DNA of 64,000 nucleotides. It comes from a virus (taxonomy: Duplodnaviria; Caudoviricetes). The stretch is from positions 546 through 64,545 of the IMG/VR virus record IMGVR_UViG_3300020048_000137. One strand, written 5' to 3'. Position numbers and translations under genes: made by a program. Positions 36,838-48,300 of this stretch are shown one piece after another; the stretch's first letter is position 1, and each line of letters opens with the position of its first letter. The notes beneath the pieces are model-generated. The model did not search any database, was not told where the DNA came from, and saw nothing but the letters and a program-made list of their open reading frames with translations.

Positions 36838-37653
36838 ATGCAGACAAGGACACGCGAAAAAATACGGTTGAGGATGGACGCGGGGAAAATCAAGCTACCC
36901 CTGGAGGTGGCAAAGGTGGTGACGCCGGAACTTGCCGACAAAATCATGGAGGTGCGGGAAAGGGGTGTGCAATCCGCGAACGGGTTACGCGCCCCCACCT
37001 TCTACCGGGACACGGCAGGGGGCTGGTGGTGGATGGGTATGCGTGCCCTGAATTTTGTGAAAGGTGAAAGGGTCTCACTCCATGGCCTGATGGTGGATGT
37101 AGAGAAGAAATACCTGGAATTTGACATGGGATGGCGGCGCGTTTGGGTGGCGGACGATTCCAGCTATGGGGACATGATGAAATTTCAGGCCCCCCATCCT
37201 CTTGAGACGGTGGAGGATGCAGAGAAGTATTTCCGCGATGGGATCGACGGCACGGCAAAGCCCGGTTATATCGCCGCGAAGTATAAATGGAGGGGTATGC
37301 GGGCGCGGGTGACGGCGGATGATCTGCGGAAACTTGTCCTTGCCGTGAAGCACGGAAACAAACCCCTGGCCGACACGTTGAGAAAAAGACTGGAAAGCTC
37401 CCTTGTATTCCCTGGCCGCGAGGAAAGGGTTGCGAAAATGTCATGGGAAGAGCTGTCGGCGATGTTTGCCCGCATGGAACGGGAGCTTGCGACGTTCCGC
37501 GAACGGGAGGCGGCGGCGAAGCTGGAGAATGAGAAACTGAAGGCAAGGCAGGAAAGCGCGGAGTCGCGGCTTATTCGGATGATTGAGGCGCAACGCAAGC
37601 AGATTGACACGTTGCGGGCGGAAATGTCCCGGCTTGCTGATCTCCTGATCTAG
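36838..37653 (+). CDS. Hypothetical protein with C-terminal coiled coil
   Basis: Isolated + ORF; start moved to ATG 36838. Confidence 0.6.
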   Translation: MQTRTREKIRLRMDAGKIKLPLEVAKVVTPELADKIMEVRERGVQSANGLRAPTFYRDTAGGWWWMGMRALNFVKGERVSLHGLMVDVEKKYLEFDMGWRRVWVADDSSYGDMMKFQAPHPLETVEDAEKYFRDGIDGTAKPGYIAAKYKWRGMRARVTADDLRKLVLAVKHGNKPLADTLRKRLESSLVFPGREERVAKMSWEELSAMFARMERELATFREREAAAKLENEKLKARQESAESRLIRMIEAQRKQIDTLRAEMSRLADLLI

Positions 37654-38352
37654 CGCGGCACGGTTGCCGGGATTCAGGGGCGCGGGGAAACCTTCGCCCC
37701 TTTTCCGCGCCCGCGATCCGAGAGTTCATTTCAGAATGAACATACGACAATGATGTCGTGAATCCGGTATCACGGTTTGCAGGTCGCCTCAACAGCGCAA
37801 TGGACAAAAACTGTCCATAAATAAGAATACCTGTATTCCTTACTAAACAACTAAGGATTCCCCTCGATCCCCCTTGATCCCCCTTGACCCCCTCTATCCG
37901 CCCCGAGCCCTGGCCGGAAACTGCCTGATGCTGTGTAACGCGTTGACGCTCTGGGTTTAAGGCTCCGCGCACGCACTGAGTTGGTGTTATGCGTGTTGTA
38001 ACAAGCGATCCCGCTTTTCCCTTGTAATATAAAGGGGGACAGCGTTGCCGGGATGCAGCGGGGAAGCGTGTTCCACACGCCACGGCACCCCGCCACAACG
38101 GGTGGTAGGTGACTACCTAGGTATCACACGGGAGCGGAGAGGCCGGGAGACAGACTACACGGGCGTGGCGTGGCATTGACCTGGAGCTGGGCTATTACCT
38201 GACGGGATACCCAGCTACCCCCCGCCCGGTTTTTTCGAGCGCGACATGATTATATATGCCCCCCTACAAAAAATTTTCGCTATTTTCGGAATCAGACCCC
38301 TATTCCCTGAATCGCTGAAACACATCCTCCCGATACGCAAAAGCCCTAAAGT

Positions 38353-38461
38353 GGGCCGCCCCATATCCTCACATCGGTGAAGGAAACCTCACCGCAAAAC
38401 CCCTAAATCGGGCCGCCCCATATCCTCACATCGGTGAAGGAAACCTCACCGCAAAACCCCT
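38353..38461. repeat. 52-bp exact direct repeat x2 (57-bp period)
   Basis: GGGCCGCCCCATATCCTCACATCGGTGAAGGAAACCTCACCGCAAAACCCCT at 38353 and 38410. Confidence 0.95.
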
Positions 38462-38805
38462 CAGATCGAATCCCCCACACCCGCAGCATAACCCGCCCGA
38501 AACGCGGCCTCGACCCTAGCCTCAATTACCGCTGCAATCCGGTTCGCGTTGATTCCCTGCAACGTGGTGTTGTCAAACCACTGCTTCGTGCGTTTCCAAG
38601 ATTGGAGTGCGGAGTCACTACCCGGCGGGGTAGCCGGAGTTGACTCAGCAGATGGCGGGGTAGCCGGAGTTGACTCAGGCGTAGTCAGAGCCTCCTGTCC
38701 CAACCCGTCGGGTTTGGCAATCACCGACTCGACTAGATTGCGGACTTGCGATCTTTTTGCAATCCTGGCTTCAGTTTTCGCTATGATTGATTTCTTACTG
38801 TGCAT
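38461..38805 (-). CDS. Hypothetical protein with duplicated ESTPATPP
   Basis: 114-aa ORF with 30-bp internal duplication. Confidence 0.5.
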   Translation of the reverse strand: MHSKKSIIAKTEARIAKRSQVRNLVESVIAKPDGLGQEALTTPESTPATPPSAESTPATPPGSDSALQSWKRTKQWFDNTTLQGINANRIAAVIEARVEAAFRAGYAAGVGDSI

Positions 38806-38894
38806 GGTGCGAAATCGTCACTCTCAGAACATTTTTTGTCAATCTGCAATTTTTTACTTGCGTTACTGCCATACCCCCGCATCGTCGTTGCGCC

Positions 38895-39104
38895 ATGAAC
38901 CACCACGGATCGCTTCACCGGATCGGCAGTTACGCCGCATACCAGAACAATTTCCCCCGCTCGTCAGTCCGCCCCGGTGATCTTATCACCGTTGAAGGGC
39001 GTGAAGGTATCACCGTGAAAAAAGACTACCACACAAACGAGTGGTTGGTGAAGTTCCCTGAAGGGGGTGATTACATTCACGAAAATCGAATCACACCACT
39101 ATGA
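38895..39104 (+). CDS. Small SH3/KOW-like protein
   Basis: VRPGDLITVEGREGITV...WLVKF. Confidence 0.45.
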   Translation: MNHHGSLHRIGSYAAYQNNFPRSSVRPGDLITVEGREGITVKKDYHTNEWLVKFPEGGDYIHENRITPL

Positions 39105-39325
39105 CACGAACCCAAAGAGTATTTAGAATACTGTCTGATCGTCTTGAGTACGACCCCGAGGATATTACACTGGGGATGAGACTGAAAGAAGACCTCGGCT
39201 GCGATTCCCTTGACCGTGAAGTGATCGCAAGCGAATTGGAGTCTCGCTATGGTGTGGATATACCCGTAGGGGCGGAGAACGAGTGGGTGACAGTAGAGGA
39301 TATTGTGAAGGCTGCACAAACATAA
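39101..39325 (+). CDS. acpP: Acyl carrier protein homolog
   Basis: 74 aa, acidic, EDLGCDSLD phosphopantetheine motif, TVEDIV. Confidence 0.85.
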   Translation: MTRTQRVFRILSDRLEYDPEDITLGMRLKEDLGCDSLDREVIASELESRYGVDIPVGAENEWVTVEDIVKAAQT

Positions 39326-39367
39326 AAACCTTGACCCGCCCGTAAAATCAGTTAACACCCAAGGAAC

Positions 39368-39682
39368 GTGAGAGCAAATTTGCCAAAATCAGTGATCGTG
39401 GGTGGGCATAAAGTCCGTATTGAGGTGTCCACCTCTCTCGAAGACTGGGGGCAATATGACCACGATAGGAAGGTTATTACCGTTTCCCACCACACGCTAG
39501 AGAAGGCATCACTTCTCCGCACTACCCTGAGACACGAACTCATGCACGCTGCTCTCTCAATTTCTGGTGTGTCGTATTGCACGGGCTTTCAAGAAGAGGC
39601 CGTGGTGCGTTGTTTTGATGAATTATTTTTCCCCACTTGGGATAAGCTGCACGCAAAACTCACAAAAATCGAAAAGCCATGA
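39368..39682 (+). CDS. HExxH metallopeptidase-like protein
   Basis: LRHELMHAAL...EEAVV. Confidence 0.7.
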   Translation: MRANLPKSVIVGGHKVRIEVSTSLEDWGQYDHDRKVITVSHHTLEKASLLRTTLRHELMHAALSISGVSYCTGFQEEAVVRCFDELFFPTWDKLHAKLTKIEKP

Positions 39683-40017
39683 AACTTGAAAGCCTAGAAC
39701 GGTGGGTCAAAGTCGGAACAGTAGTGCGAGACACACTGGGGAAAATTGAAGATGCGTTCATGGCATCACCCGAGAACTCGGTGAGTTCCGCTGTATGGGG
39801 CATGTTTAGCGAATACACCCGTAACCTCGCAACACAATTAGGTGATGATGGCAAGTGGCTCGATTGGTTCGCGTGGGAATGCGACTTTGGGCGCAACCCC
39901 AAAGAGGTGGTGTTTGCGGATGGGGAAAGACTTCTTGTGATTGGGGCATCTGACCTTTTTGACGCAATCTGCACAGACGAGAACGGATGCCGCGTTTTTG
40001 TATCTAACAAACCATAG
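39679..40017 (+). CDS. Hypothetical protein
   Basis: Coupled ORF (WLDWFAWECDFG). Confidence 0.55.
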   Translation: MKLESLERWVKVGTVVRDTLGKIEDAFMASPENSVSSAVWGMFSEYTRNLATQLGDDGKWLDWFAWECDFGRNPKEVVFADGERLLVIGASDLFDAICTDENGCRVFVSNKP

Positions 40018-40021
40018 AATT

Positions 40022-41023
40022 ATGAACACAGATTGGGGTAAGACAGTTCACGAAGTCGCCACACGCCGCCATGCGCGGACGCTCGGTGAGAAAGACAAGG
40101 AGATGAAACGCCTGCTCGGCATCATTGAGGAGCAAGAGAAGCAGGTGGAGGTTGCCTTACTTCTTGGCGCTTCGACAGGACTTGTCAGTGATATACCCAG
40201 CATTAAAACCGGGGCATCTGGCAGCGCGGTCGCGTTCGCCATCGCCTCAGACTGGCACGTAGAGGAGACGGTTGATCCGAGGAACGTGAACGGACTTAAT
40301 GCCTATGACCTCGTCATTGCGCAAGATAGGGTGAGGCAGTTTTTCCAGAAGGTCGTTCGTCTCACTGAGATTCAGCGGGCGGGAACGAAGATCGACACGC
40401 TCGTCCTCGCCATGCTCGGTGACATGATGACCGGATACATCCACGAGGAGCTTCGTGAGACGAACGGGCTGTCACCTACCGAGACCGTCCTCTGGCTTCA
40501 GGATGAGATCGCCTCCGGCCTCACGCTGTTGGAGAAACACTTCGACCGCATCATCATTCCGACGAGCTATGGGAACCATGGCCGAAATTCGTTTAAGTCC
40601 CGCCACGCTACGGGTGCGAAGAACTCTTACGAGTGGATGCTCTATCACATTCTGCGCAAGCAGTTCCCCCATTACGAGTGGCAGATTTCCGACAGCTACC
40701 ACAACTACCTTGAGGTGGACGGACGCATCGTCCGGTTTCATCATGGCGATGACCTGAAATATCAAGGTGGTGTCGGCGGGCTGACTATCCCAGTCGAGAA
40801 AGCCATCGCGCAATGGAACAAGGCGATCAAGGCTGACCTCGACGTGTTTGGCCACTGGCACCAGTCGCAGCAGAACCCGAAGTGGATCTCGAATGCGAGC
40901 TTGATCGGACATAGCGCATACGCCATCGCGATCAAGGCGGGCTTCGAGCCGCCGTCGCAGACCTTCTTCCTAATGGACAAGAAACGTGGTCGCACGGTCA
41001 CTGCACCGATCTACCTTGACTGA
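40022..41023 (+). CDS. Calcineurin-like metallophosphoesterase
   Basis: SDWH, GD, GNHG, HHGD, GHWH motifs. Confidence 0.88.
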   Translation: MNTDWGKTVHEVATRRHARTLGEKDKEMKRLLGIIEEQEKQVEVALLLGASTGLVSDIPSIKTGASGSAVAFAIASDWHVEETVDPRNVNGLNAYDLVIAQDRVRQFFQKVVRLTEIQRAGTKIDTLVLAMLGDMMTGYIHEELRETNGLSPTETVLWLQDEIASGLTLLEKHFDRIIIPTSYGNHGRNSFKSRHATGAKNSYEWMLYHILRKQFPHYEWQISDSYHNYLEVDGRIVRFHHGDDLKYQGGVGGLTIPVEKAIAQWNKAIKADLDVFGHWHQSQQNPKWISNASLIGHSAYAIAIKAGFEPPSQTFFLMDKKRGRTVTAPIYLD

Positions 41024-41217
41024 CACAATGCGGTGCCGTGATAGAGAGGCTCACGGGTAAATGGAGGTAAACGGGGAATCAGCAGCCGCACCACTCTCAC
41101 AACCGAACAAACCAACACCATGAAAATACTTCAAAAAATCAGACTGTGGTTATCCACATTCAGCCTCCGCGCCACAAGTCGGCAACTAAGCATCAAAAGG
41201 AACCGGAATTAAAAAAT

Positions 41218-41622
41218 ATGAAAACAAACTGGATCAAAACCGTGAATGAAATCAACCACAAGCGTTTCACCATCCCACCCGGATGGGATACGCGGGAACA
41301 GGTGGCGGAAAGCCTGCAATGCGCCCCTGACAAAGTGGCCGACATCCTGAAACCCGGCATCGCGTCAGGCGACATCGAGAAACAGGACTTCGCCGTTTGG
41401 GATGAGAAGCGCAGGATGGCGGTGAAGGTGCCGTGCTACCGGGTTGCGGGTAGGGATGCTGCGCCCATCACCGTCACTAGTGTAGATTGCATCCCCGCCG
41501 AGAAAGTTGTCCGCATCCTCGCCGCCCTCGGTCGCAACCCCGGAGCAACGAACCGTGAGGTTGCGAAGAAGATGTCCGGCGTGACATCGCGTGAGATTGA
41601 GGCAGTCCGAACGGCACAATGA
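41218..41622 (+). CDS. Hypothetical DNA-binding protein
   Basis: Two HTH-like segments; start moved to ATG 41218. Confidence 0.5.
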   Translation: MKTNWIKTVNEINHKRFTIPPGWDTREQVAESLQCAPDKVADILKPGIASGDIEKQDFAVWDEKRRMAVKVPCYRVAGRDAAPITVTSVDCIPAEKVVRILAALGRNPGATNREVAKKMSGVTSREIEAVRTAQ

Positions 41623-41954
41623 AAACCCCCGACGTAAAGAAAGAAGTCGGAGCGTCTAAGCCCCCGCTCGTCCTGATGCCGCCCGCCGCCGAGCGGTCGA
41701 TCTGCGAAGTCTTGAAGTTCGGAGCCGACCGGTATGGAGTGTGGAACTGGAGGCTGTCTCACATCGAAACGGCGACTTACATCAGCGCGATCAAACGTCA
41801 CCTCGCAGCCATCCACGAAGGCGAGTGGATCGACCCCGAGAGCGGACAGCCCCACATCGCACATATTGGGGCGAGTGCGTGCATTCTGCTCGACGCTGAC
41901 TTCTACTGCAAACTAACCAAACAAGTATGCAATCCAGAAAGTTTAGCGCAATAG
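41619..41954 (+). CDS. DUF5664-like (dATP/dGTP diphosphohydrolase N-terminal) protein
   Basis: KPPLVL...VLKFGADRYGVWNW...AIKRHL...IDPESGQPHIAH. Confidence 0.8.
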   Translation: MKTPDVKKEVGASKPPLVLMPPAAERSICEVLKFGADRYGVWNWRLSHIETATYISAIKRHLAAIHEGEWIDPESGQPHIAHIGASACILLDADFYCKLTKQVCNPESLAQ

Positions 41955-42139
41955 AGAGTCTCGCAAATGTGGCTATCGGCTACCTTGTGGCGGTCGGTAG
42001 CCAGATGGCGATCTTCCCGTTCTTCGGTATTCATATCCCCACCCACCAGAATTTCATCATGGGTTTGTGGTTTACCTTGATCTCTGTGGTTAGGAGTTAC
42101 ATCCTGCGGAGAGCATTTAACCGAATCAAACCTCGATGA
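41927..42139 (+). CDS. Small 2-TM membrane protein
   Basis: ESLANVAIGY...SVVRSYILRRAFN; common phage family. Confidence 0.65.
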   Translation: MQSRKFSAIESLANVAIGYLVAVGSQMAIFPFFGIHIPTHQNFIMGLWFTLISVVRSYILRRAFNRIKPR

Positions 42140-42327
42140 CCGACGACGACCAGCAGCACGTATTCACAAGAGAAATGGCGAAGCGCATGGATCAGTTGTG
42201 CGACGAACTCGACATCGACTACCTCTTCCTACTCGGATGGCTTCAGCGGCAGCAGTGGCGCATTCAGCAGGAGATGGATCTTGCGGAAATTGAAGAGATC
42301 ATGCGCGGGGATGACGAACCCACTTGA
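42136..42327 (+). CDS. Small acidic hypothetical protein
   Basis: Coupled ORF. Confidence 0.5.
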   Translation: MTDDDQQHVFTREMAKRMDQLCDELDIDYLFLLGWLQRQQWRIQQEMDLAEIEEIMRGDDEPT

Positions 42328-42362
42328 CACTGCCACGTAGATACCCCACTCTCCATACACAC

Positions 42363-45300
42363 ATGACCACCGAAGAAACCGCATCCGCTCTGCCGGAGCT
42401 TTCACTCCTCGCGTTCCCAGACTGGCAGGAACAGAACCAAGCCACCATCAAAGAGCCACTTCAGAAGTATCGGGGTTACTCCGACTACGTGAAGCAGGAG
42501 ACGCTGGCGCAAGGTCGATACAGCAATATCCTCGTCCAGAAGCTAGACGCAAAGCTCGCGGGGCTTGCCATCGAAGCAGGGGACTACACTCCCGCCGAAG
42601 GCACCGAGCCGCTCGTCAGCGACGTTCTCGCCCGTCCGAAGAGTGATGAACTACCACTCGACTCCATTATCAATTACGCCTATTCCTCCGAGACTCAGGA
42701 CGGTAATCCCCTCCGCACGGCGGCAGCGAACCTGAAAGCCCGCAGACAACTTGCGGACGAGGGACGCGGCACACCCGAGGAACTTGCGGCAGCTGAAGCC
42801 GACCTCCGCCAGCTCGCCACACCCGATCTGATAAATGCAGCCACTCGCAAGGATGTGAAAGAGGGGAACCAGCTTGCAATGGTCATCCCTCCTGCCGACC
42901 CAGATGGCGCACCTGACGTGTTTCTGAATAAGTCACTGCTTGAGTTCGTGAATCCCGAAGACGGGTCAATCGACACGGCGGCACTCGGCAAGACCTTGAA
43001 GATGAAAGGCACTGACCCGTCTTTGATTCCAGCGATCCTCACGAAGCTCACCACTCCGTCTGGTTACTCTAAAACAGCAATGGAATTGGAGATGCACGGT
43101 GACGAACTTTCAACCCTTGACGCCCTCGCCCGCACACGCGGCGAAGACGGGCAGTATCGTCTTTTTGATGAATTGAAGAAGGTTGCGAACTCCCGTGAGC
43201 GCGGGAACAGCTACGCCACTGAGTATGGTGAGTTTCGCCTGAAGCAGCTTACGAGGGGGACACCCTTGGAAGGCAAAGACTTGATGACTCTCGCTGATGA
43301 CTTCAACCGGATGAACGAGATGCCGGAGATCGACGAGGCCGACCCGTCCGCCGCACTCCGCACCTTGTCCACCGGAGCCGTCGTCGCCCCGCTAAACCTG
43401 ATGCTCAACGAGGCAGCGTTCACGAAAGCCCTCGACTCGGTTCCACCCGCCCAACGTCCTCACATCCAGGCGCAGCGTGATTACGCCGTCGAGTCCTCCG
43501 CCTCCGACGTGATCCGCACCCTTGCGGATGCCCCAGAGGGAGCCGACGAGTTCGTGTCGTACCTCGACGCGCAGCGTGCAGAAGGGAAGAAGGACTCCCA
43601 GATTGTGAAAGACTGGGTGGCGCAGGGGAAATACTCGTCCACCCGCACGATGCTTCAAGGAATCCGCTCGTCCCTCGGCGAAGCGGTCATGCCGCTCGTC
43701 GCTCTTGCTACCGGGGCAGACCCCGACGGTTTCGCGATCAAAGCGATGCAGGGAGCGCAGATTGAGGACGCCAACCGCCGCGCCGTTGCCGACTTGTTCG
43801 GGAAACCTGTCGGGATGGGATACGACCTCACCCGACTTGTCGCCCCCGTCGCTGTCGATCTCGGCGTGTCGTTCCTGACCCGTGGAGCGGCAGTCGGTGC
43901 GACCGCAGCAGCGAAGGCCACAGCGGGCGCAGCCGTGAAGTCCCTGTTCCGCACCGCCCTCACCTCCGAGACCCGCTCACTCGTCGGAGCATGGGTGCGT
44001 TCGTCCGCCCGCTCGGGCATTAAGTCCGCAGGGTTGCAAGCCACAGGTCGCGAGACCGTCGATGAGGTCGTGAGCATGGCAGGCCGCGACATTACGTCGA
44101 AGATCATCACCGGAACATCGAAGGCCACGTTCTACGCCAGCGCGTTCAACCGCACCGCGATGTCCACCTACGCCAGCCTGTCCACCACGCTTGCAGGGCA
44201 AACCAACCCCGACGGCTCCGCGAAGTATTCGCCCGGGGAAGTCAAGGAAATCAGCATGACCCACGGGCTTGCCGCTGGCGCGATCACCGTAGGGGCGATG
44301 GGCGCCATGGCGGGCGTAGGCATTCCCGGTATTGAGAAAGTGTTCAATGAGCGTTTGACCCGTGGGCAACTCAACAAAGTATGGGAGCGTTTCAGGAAGG
44401 ATGTCAGCAAACTCCCACAGGGGGCGGACATGTCCTCGGCACAAGCGATGGTGTCATCCATGGTGAAAGAGGGTGTCCGCCCAATCTTCAGCACCAAGAC
44501 TCTTGCAGGCAAAGCGGGTAACGTTCTCGCCGCGCTGCCGGAACCCGTGAAAGGCGCATTGTCGGAAGCCCCCGAGGAGGCTCTCGACGAGTTCATGCAG
44601 TATTTCAACGAGGCCATCGCCACGGGGGACAAGATTGACATTCGCAAGGCGGCGAGCACCGCCCTCTATTCAGCACTCCTCGGCGGAGCCATGGGTGGCA
44701 CGGTCACAGGCATTACATCCACCGTTCTGAACCGCACCGCGCCACTCGCACAGGTCGAAGCCGACATCCGCAGGGAGCGTCTGCTTGAAATGGCAGGTAA
44801 GCTCGAAGCCACTTCCCCGCAGACTGCACAGGTGTTCCGCAATTACGCGTTCCAGCAGCGGCAGATGTTGCCTCAGAGGCAGCAGCTTGAAGGCGACCTG
44901 AAAGTGGCAAAGACTCCTGAGGCGAAAGCCGCGATCAAAGCGAAGATCGACACACTCAATGAACAGTCCACACGATTTAGAACCGAGGAACTCGCTCCCA
45001 CCCAAGAAAGCATTCCTGAAGCTGATGCAGCAGAAGGGACTGTCGAGGCACCAGTCGATGCAGGCGTGGCTCCTGAAGGAGAAACTGTGGTTGAGGGAAC
45101 GCCGGAAGCAGGTGGTCGAAGAACCCTCGGAGGATTCACCGGAACACCCGTAGCCCAGCGGATGCGGGCGACACGGGAGACCGTGGAGACGGAGTTCAGT
45201 CAGATCGTCGAAGAAACCCCTGCGCCTGTGAGTGAAACACCGATTTCTGAACCATCTCCTAGCCAGACATGGATCACCCCGCAGGTTGCGGACGCACTCC

Positions 45301-48300
45301 GTAACCAAGGGTTTGATCCAGCGGACGCCCCAGTCGAAAGATTGCCAGACTCCGAGATGGTGAAATACCCAATCACGAAAGCCATTCTCAAAGCCGAAAA
45401 ATCACCCAGCCCGACAGACTCGCTACCTGAAGGACAGGTTGCCGATACGGGGGCGGCTACCGTCCCGACGACAGCGGATCAACTCAGAGCCAGCATCTCG
45501 AAACTCCAGACCCGTTACACGCCGAAGCAAGCGGAAAAGATCGTTGCGAATTTCCAACGTCTCAACAACGGGCTACCCGCCACTGAGGAACTTCACGAAT
45601 ACCGTGTCGCAGGGTTTGTCACCCGCAACCGCGAGACAGGGCGGATGACGTTGCATGTTACGTCAGGAGAAGGCAAGTCGATGCGGGTTGCCGCCGAGTC
45701 GGATGTCACCGATCAATATCTCGCTCCCGTTGCCGATACGGGGGCGACCCCCGAGGATCGTGTCGAGCTTGATCGCCTCGACGAATTGATGCTCAAGAAA
45801 GGGCAGAAGGAGAATAAGGTCGCCGGAGCCACTTTCACCGCCTCCGAGCGAAAGGAATACAACACTCTCATCTCCAAACATCGCCGCTACCTGTTCGCGA
45901 AAGTCACTCCCGAGAATGACACCGAGGTAGGGACGAACGCAGCAGGCGAAACACTTTACGAACAAGCGGACGGTCAGCGTTACCGGATGCGCTTCGACAG
46001 CCCGAAGACCCGCCCGAACGGATACCCTGACTTCGGCGGTGATCTAGCTCCGACCGGAGCCGACACACTCCCCGGCTTCACCATGCCCCCGCGCAAGCGG
46101 AGCCTGTCGTCCATGCGTGACGCCACCGTGGACAAGCTCGACACCATTGACCGCCGCCTCGCTCGTGAGTCCGACGAGGATAATATGGGAGTCCTCGAAG
46201 CCGGGAAGCAGCGGCTCACCGCATTGCTCGGCCAGATCGAGACCGTGATGATGACCGAGGCACAGGAAGCCCGTGCGCGTGCCGTCACACCCGATGGCGA
46301 AGTCCGTCCGTCCGCAGACCCCGAGGACGTAGTCGCGATTGCCGAGGCGCAGGACGTTCCTGTTGTGGAGGTGGTGAAACCGAAGCAGACACGGAAACCG
46401 AAAGCCGAGGAGTCTGACCCCGATGGCAAGAAACCTTTCCCCGGATTGCAGGCGAAATATCGTGAGCAAACAGGCGGCAATAGCATGGTCGAAGTGCAGG
46501 TTCTCGCGGGCAACAAACGATCAGGCATATCAGATCAAGAAGCTATTGACGCCACGGTCAAGTATTTTGCTGAAGGTAAGAGGTCTTTGGAACTTGCAAG
46601 GCAAGTGCCTACCGCCGTAGGAAACAAAGCACCCTTCTCGGTCACGGCTTTCAATGAGTATGGGCTGTCTCTACCCGATGGGTATGTCAGGCAAGGCGAC
46701 CTCTACGTCTATCAACCCGACACCACCGACCTAACCCCCGGCACCCCAATTACCTTCACCTCCACAGCCGTCCCCGGTTTCGCCGAGCCGACCCAAGGCA
46801 CGGTTGAACGTGTCGAGAACGGTCGCGTGTTCGCCCGTGTCGGCAGGACGGTGATTCCGGGAGTGACTGTGGTGTCCCAAGCTGAAAGCCAAGCTAACCA
46901 AGCTGAGATCAAGTCAGAAGAAGATTGGCGTTTTGACCTCGTCAAAGCTGAGGCTAAAGCAAAAGGGCTTACCGACGAAGAACTCACGTCTGAGTATCGG
47001 AAGTCGGGCAAGATACCCAACAACTCTTGGACATTCGTGTATCTTCGCGAACTGGAAAAAAGGGGGTTGCCGACGTATAACCTAGAAGCGACCACACCCA
47101 CCATCTCCGACATCCTAGCCGACGTTCCCGAAGGCTACCCCCTCGACCGCGACACCGCGAAGCTCGTGTCCGCCGCCGTCGTGATGCCCGGTGGACTGCT
47201 CTCAGCGATGAACGCGAACCCCGTCGTCGCGGATGCCGTGAAGCGGTATGCCGCGTCGAAGGGAGTGGACACGGGGAACGACCTCGCCGGACTCGCTTTG
47301 ATTATGCGCGGGGAGCTTGAGGCGGATAGCGTCCTTGCGGCGTTGCGGGGTGAACAGATTTCGCTTACATCGGAAAATCCACTCCAAGCCGGAAGCAGAA
47401 CCGGAACGCAGGTAGAAGCCGCAAGGACGCCGGATGCGGAAACAAATGCAGTAGCGGTCGAGGATACGCCGTCTGCCGATGTAAGCGAGACCTTTGTTGA
47501 GGGGGAAGTCACCATTGAGGACTTCGACATTGGGGGATGGCTGAATGGTGACTGGTATCCCGGCGTGCCACGCCGTCCCGACAATTACCGTCCCGGTGCG
47601 ACCCCGTGGGGTAAAGACCCAGCGAAAGGTCAAGCGACAAAACGTAACCGGAGCAAAAAAGCTCACGACACGAATGTTGAGTTTTTCAATCGTGAAGTAT
47701 TCCCTCTGATTGCAGGCAAGGTTGATAAAGACGAGCTATTCCGCATCTACAATGTCACGGGTAATCTCGACGCACTCCGCAAATCGGAATACCGACTGTG
47801 GAAAAAAGGCGACAAACAATCGTGGCTTCCTAAGGAAGACCCGAAAGAGGCTCAGGCGATTGAGATGGGTGCAACCATCGACGAATCGGTTTTCGGTAAC
47901 ACCCCCCGCAACCTCCCCTCCAGCACCCCGTCATCCGCAGTCACCGCTGAACTGAACAAGTTCGGTTTCTCCGAAGGACTGCCGACCTTCCTCGCGAACG
48001 TATCCAAAAAAGGAGGCAAGCAATACGCACCGCTCGCCAAGCTCCTGCTCGACGCCGGAGCGGGCAACGTGGACATCCGCACCGTGAACCTGCCGAACAC
48101 GGAGGCTGCGGGCTTCTACGTCGGGGCGAACGGTGTCGTGCATATCAACACCGCAAAGAACGGCCCACGCGGAGCCGTGGACACCGTGCTGCACGAACTC
48201 GTCCATGCCGTCACCGAGGGATCGCTGCGGAACCCGACACCGGAGCAGGCGAAAGTGATCGCCCGGATCGAGCGTGTCCGCGTCACCGTGACGAAGCGTG

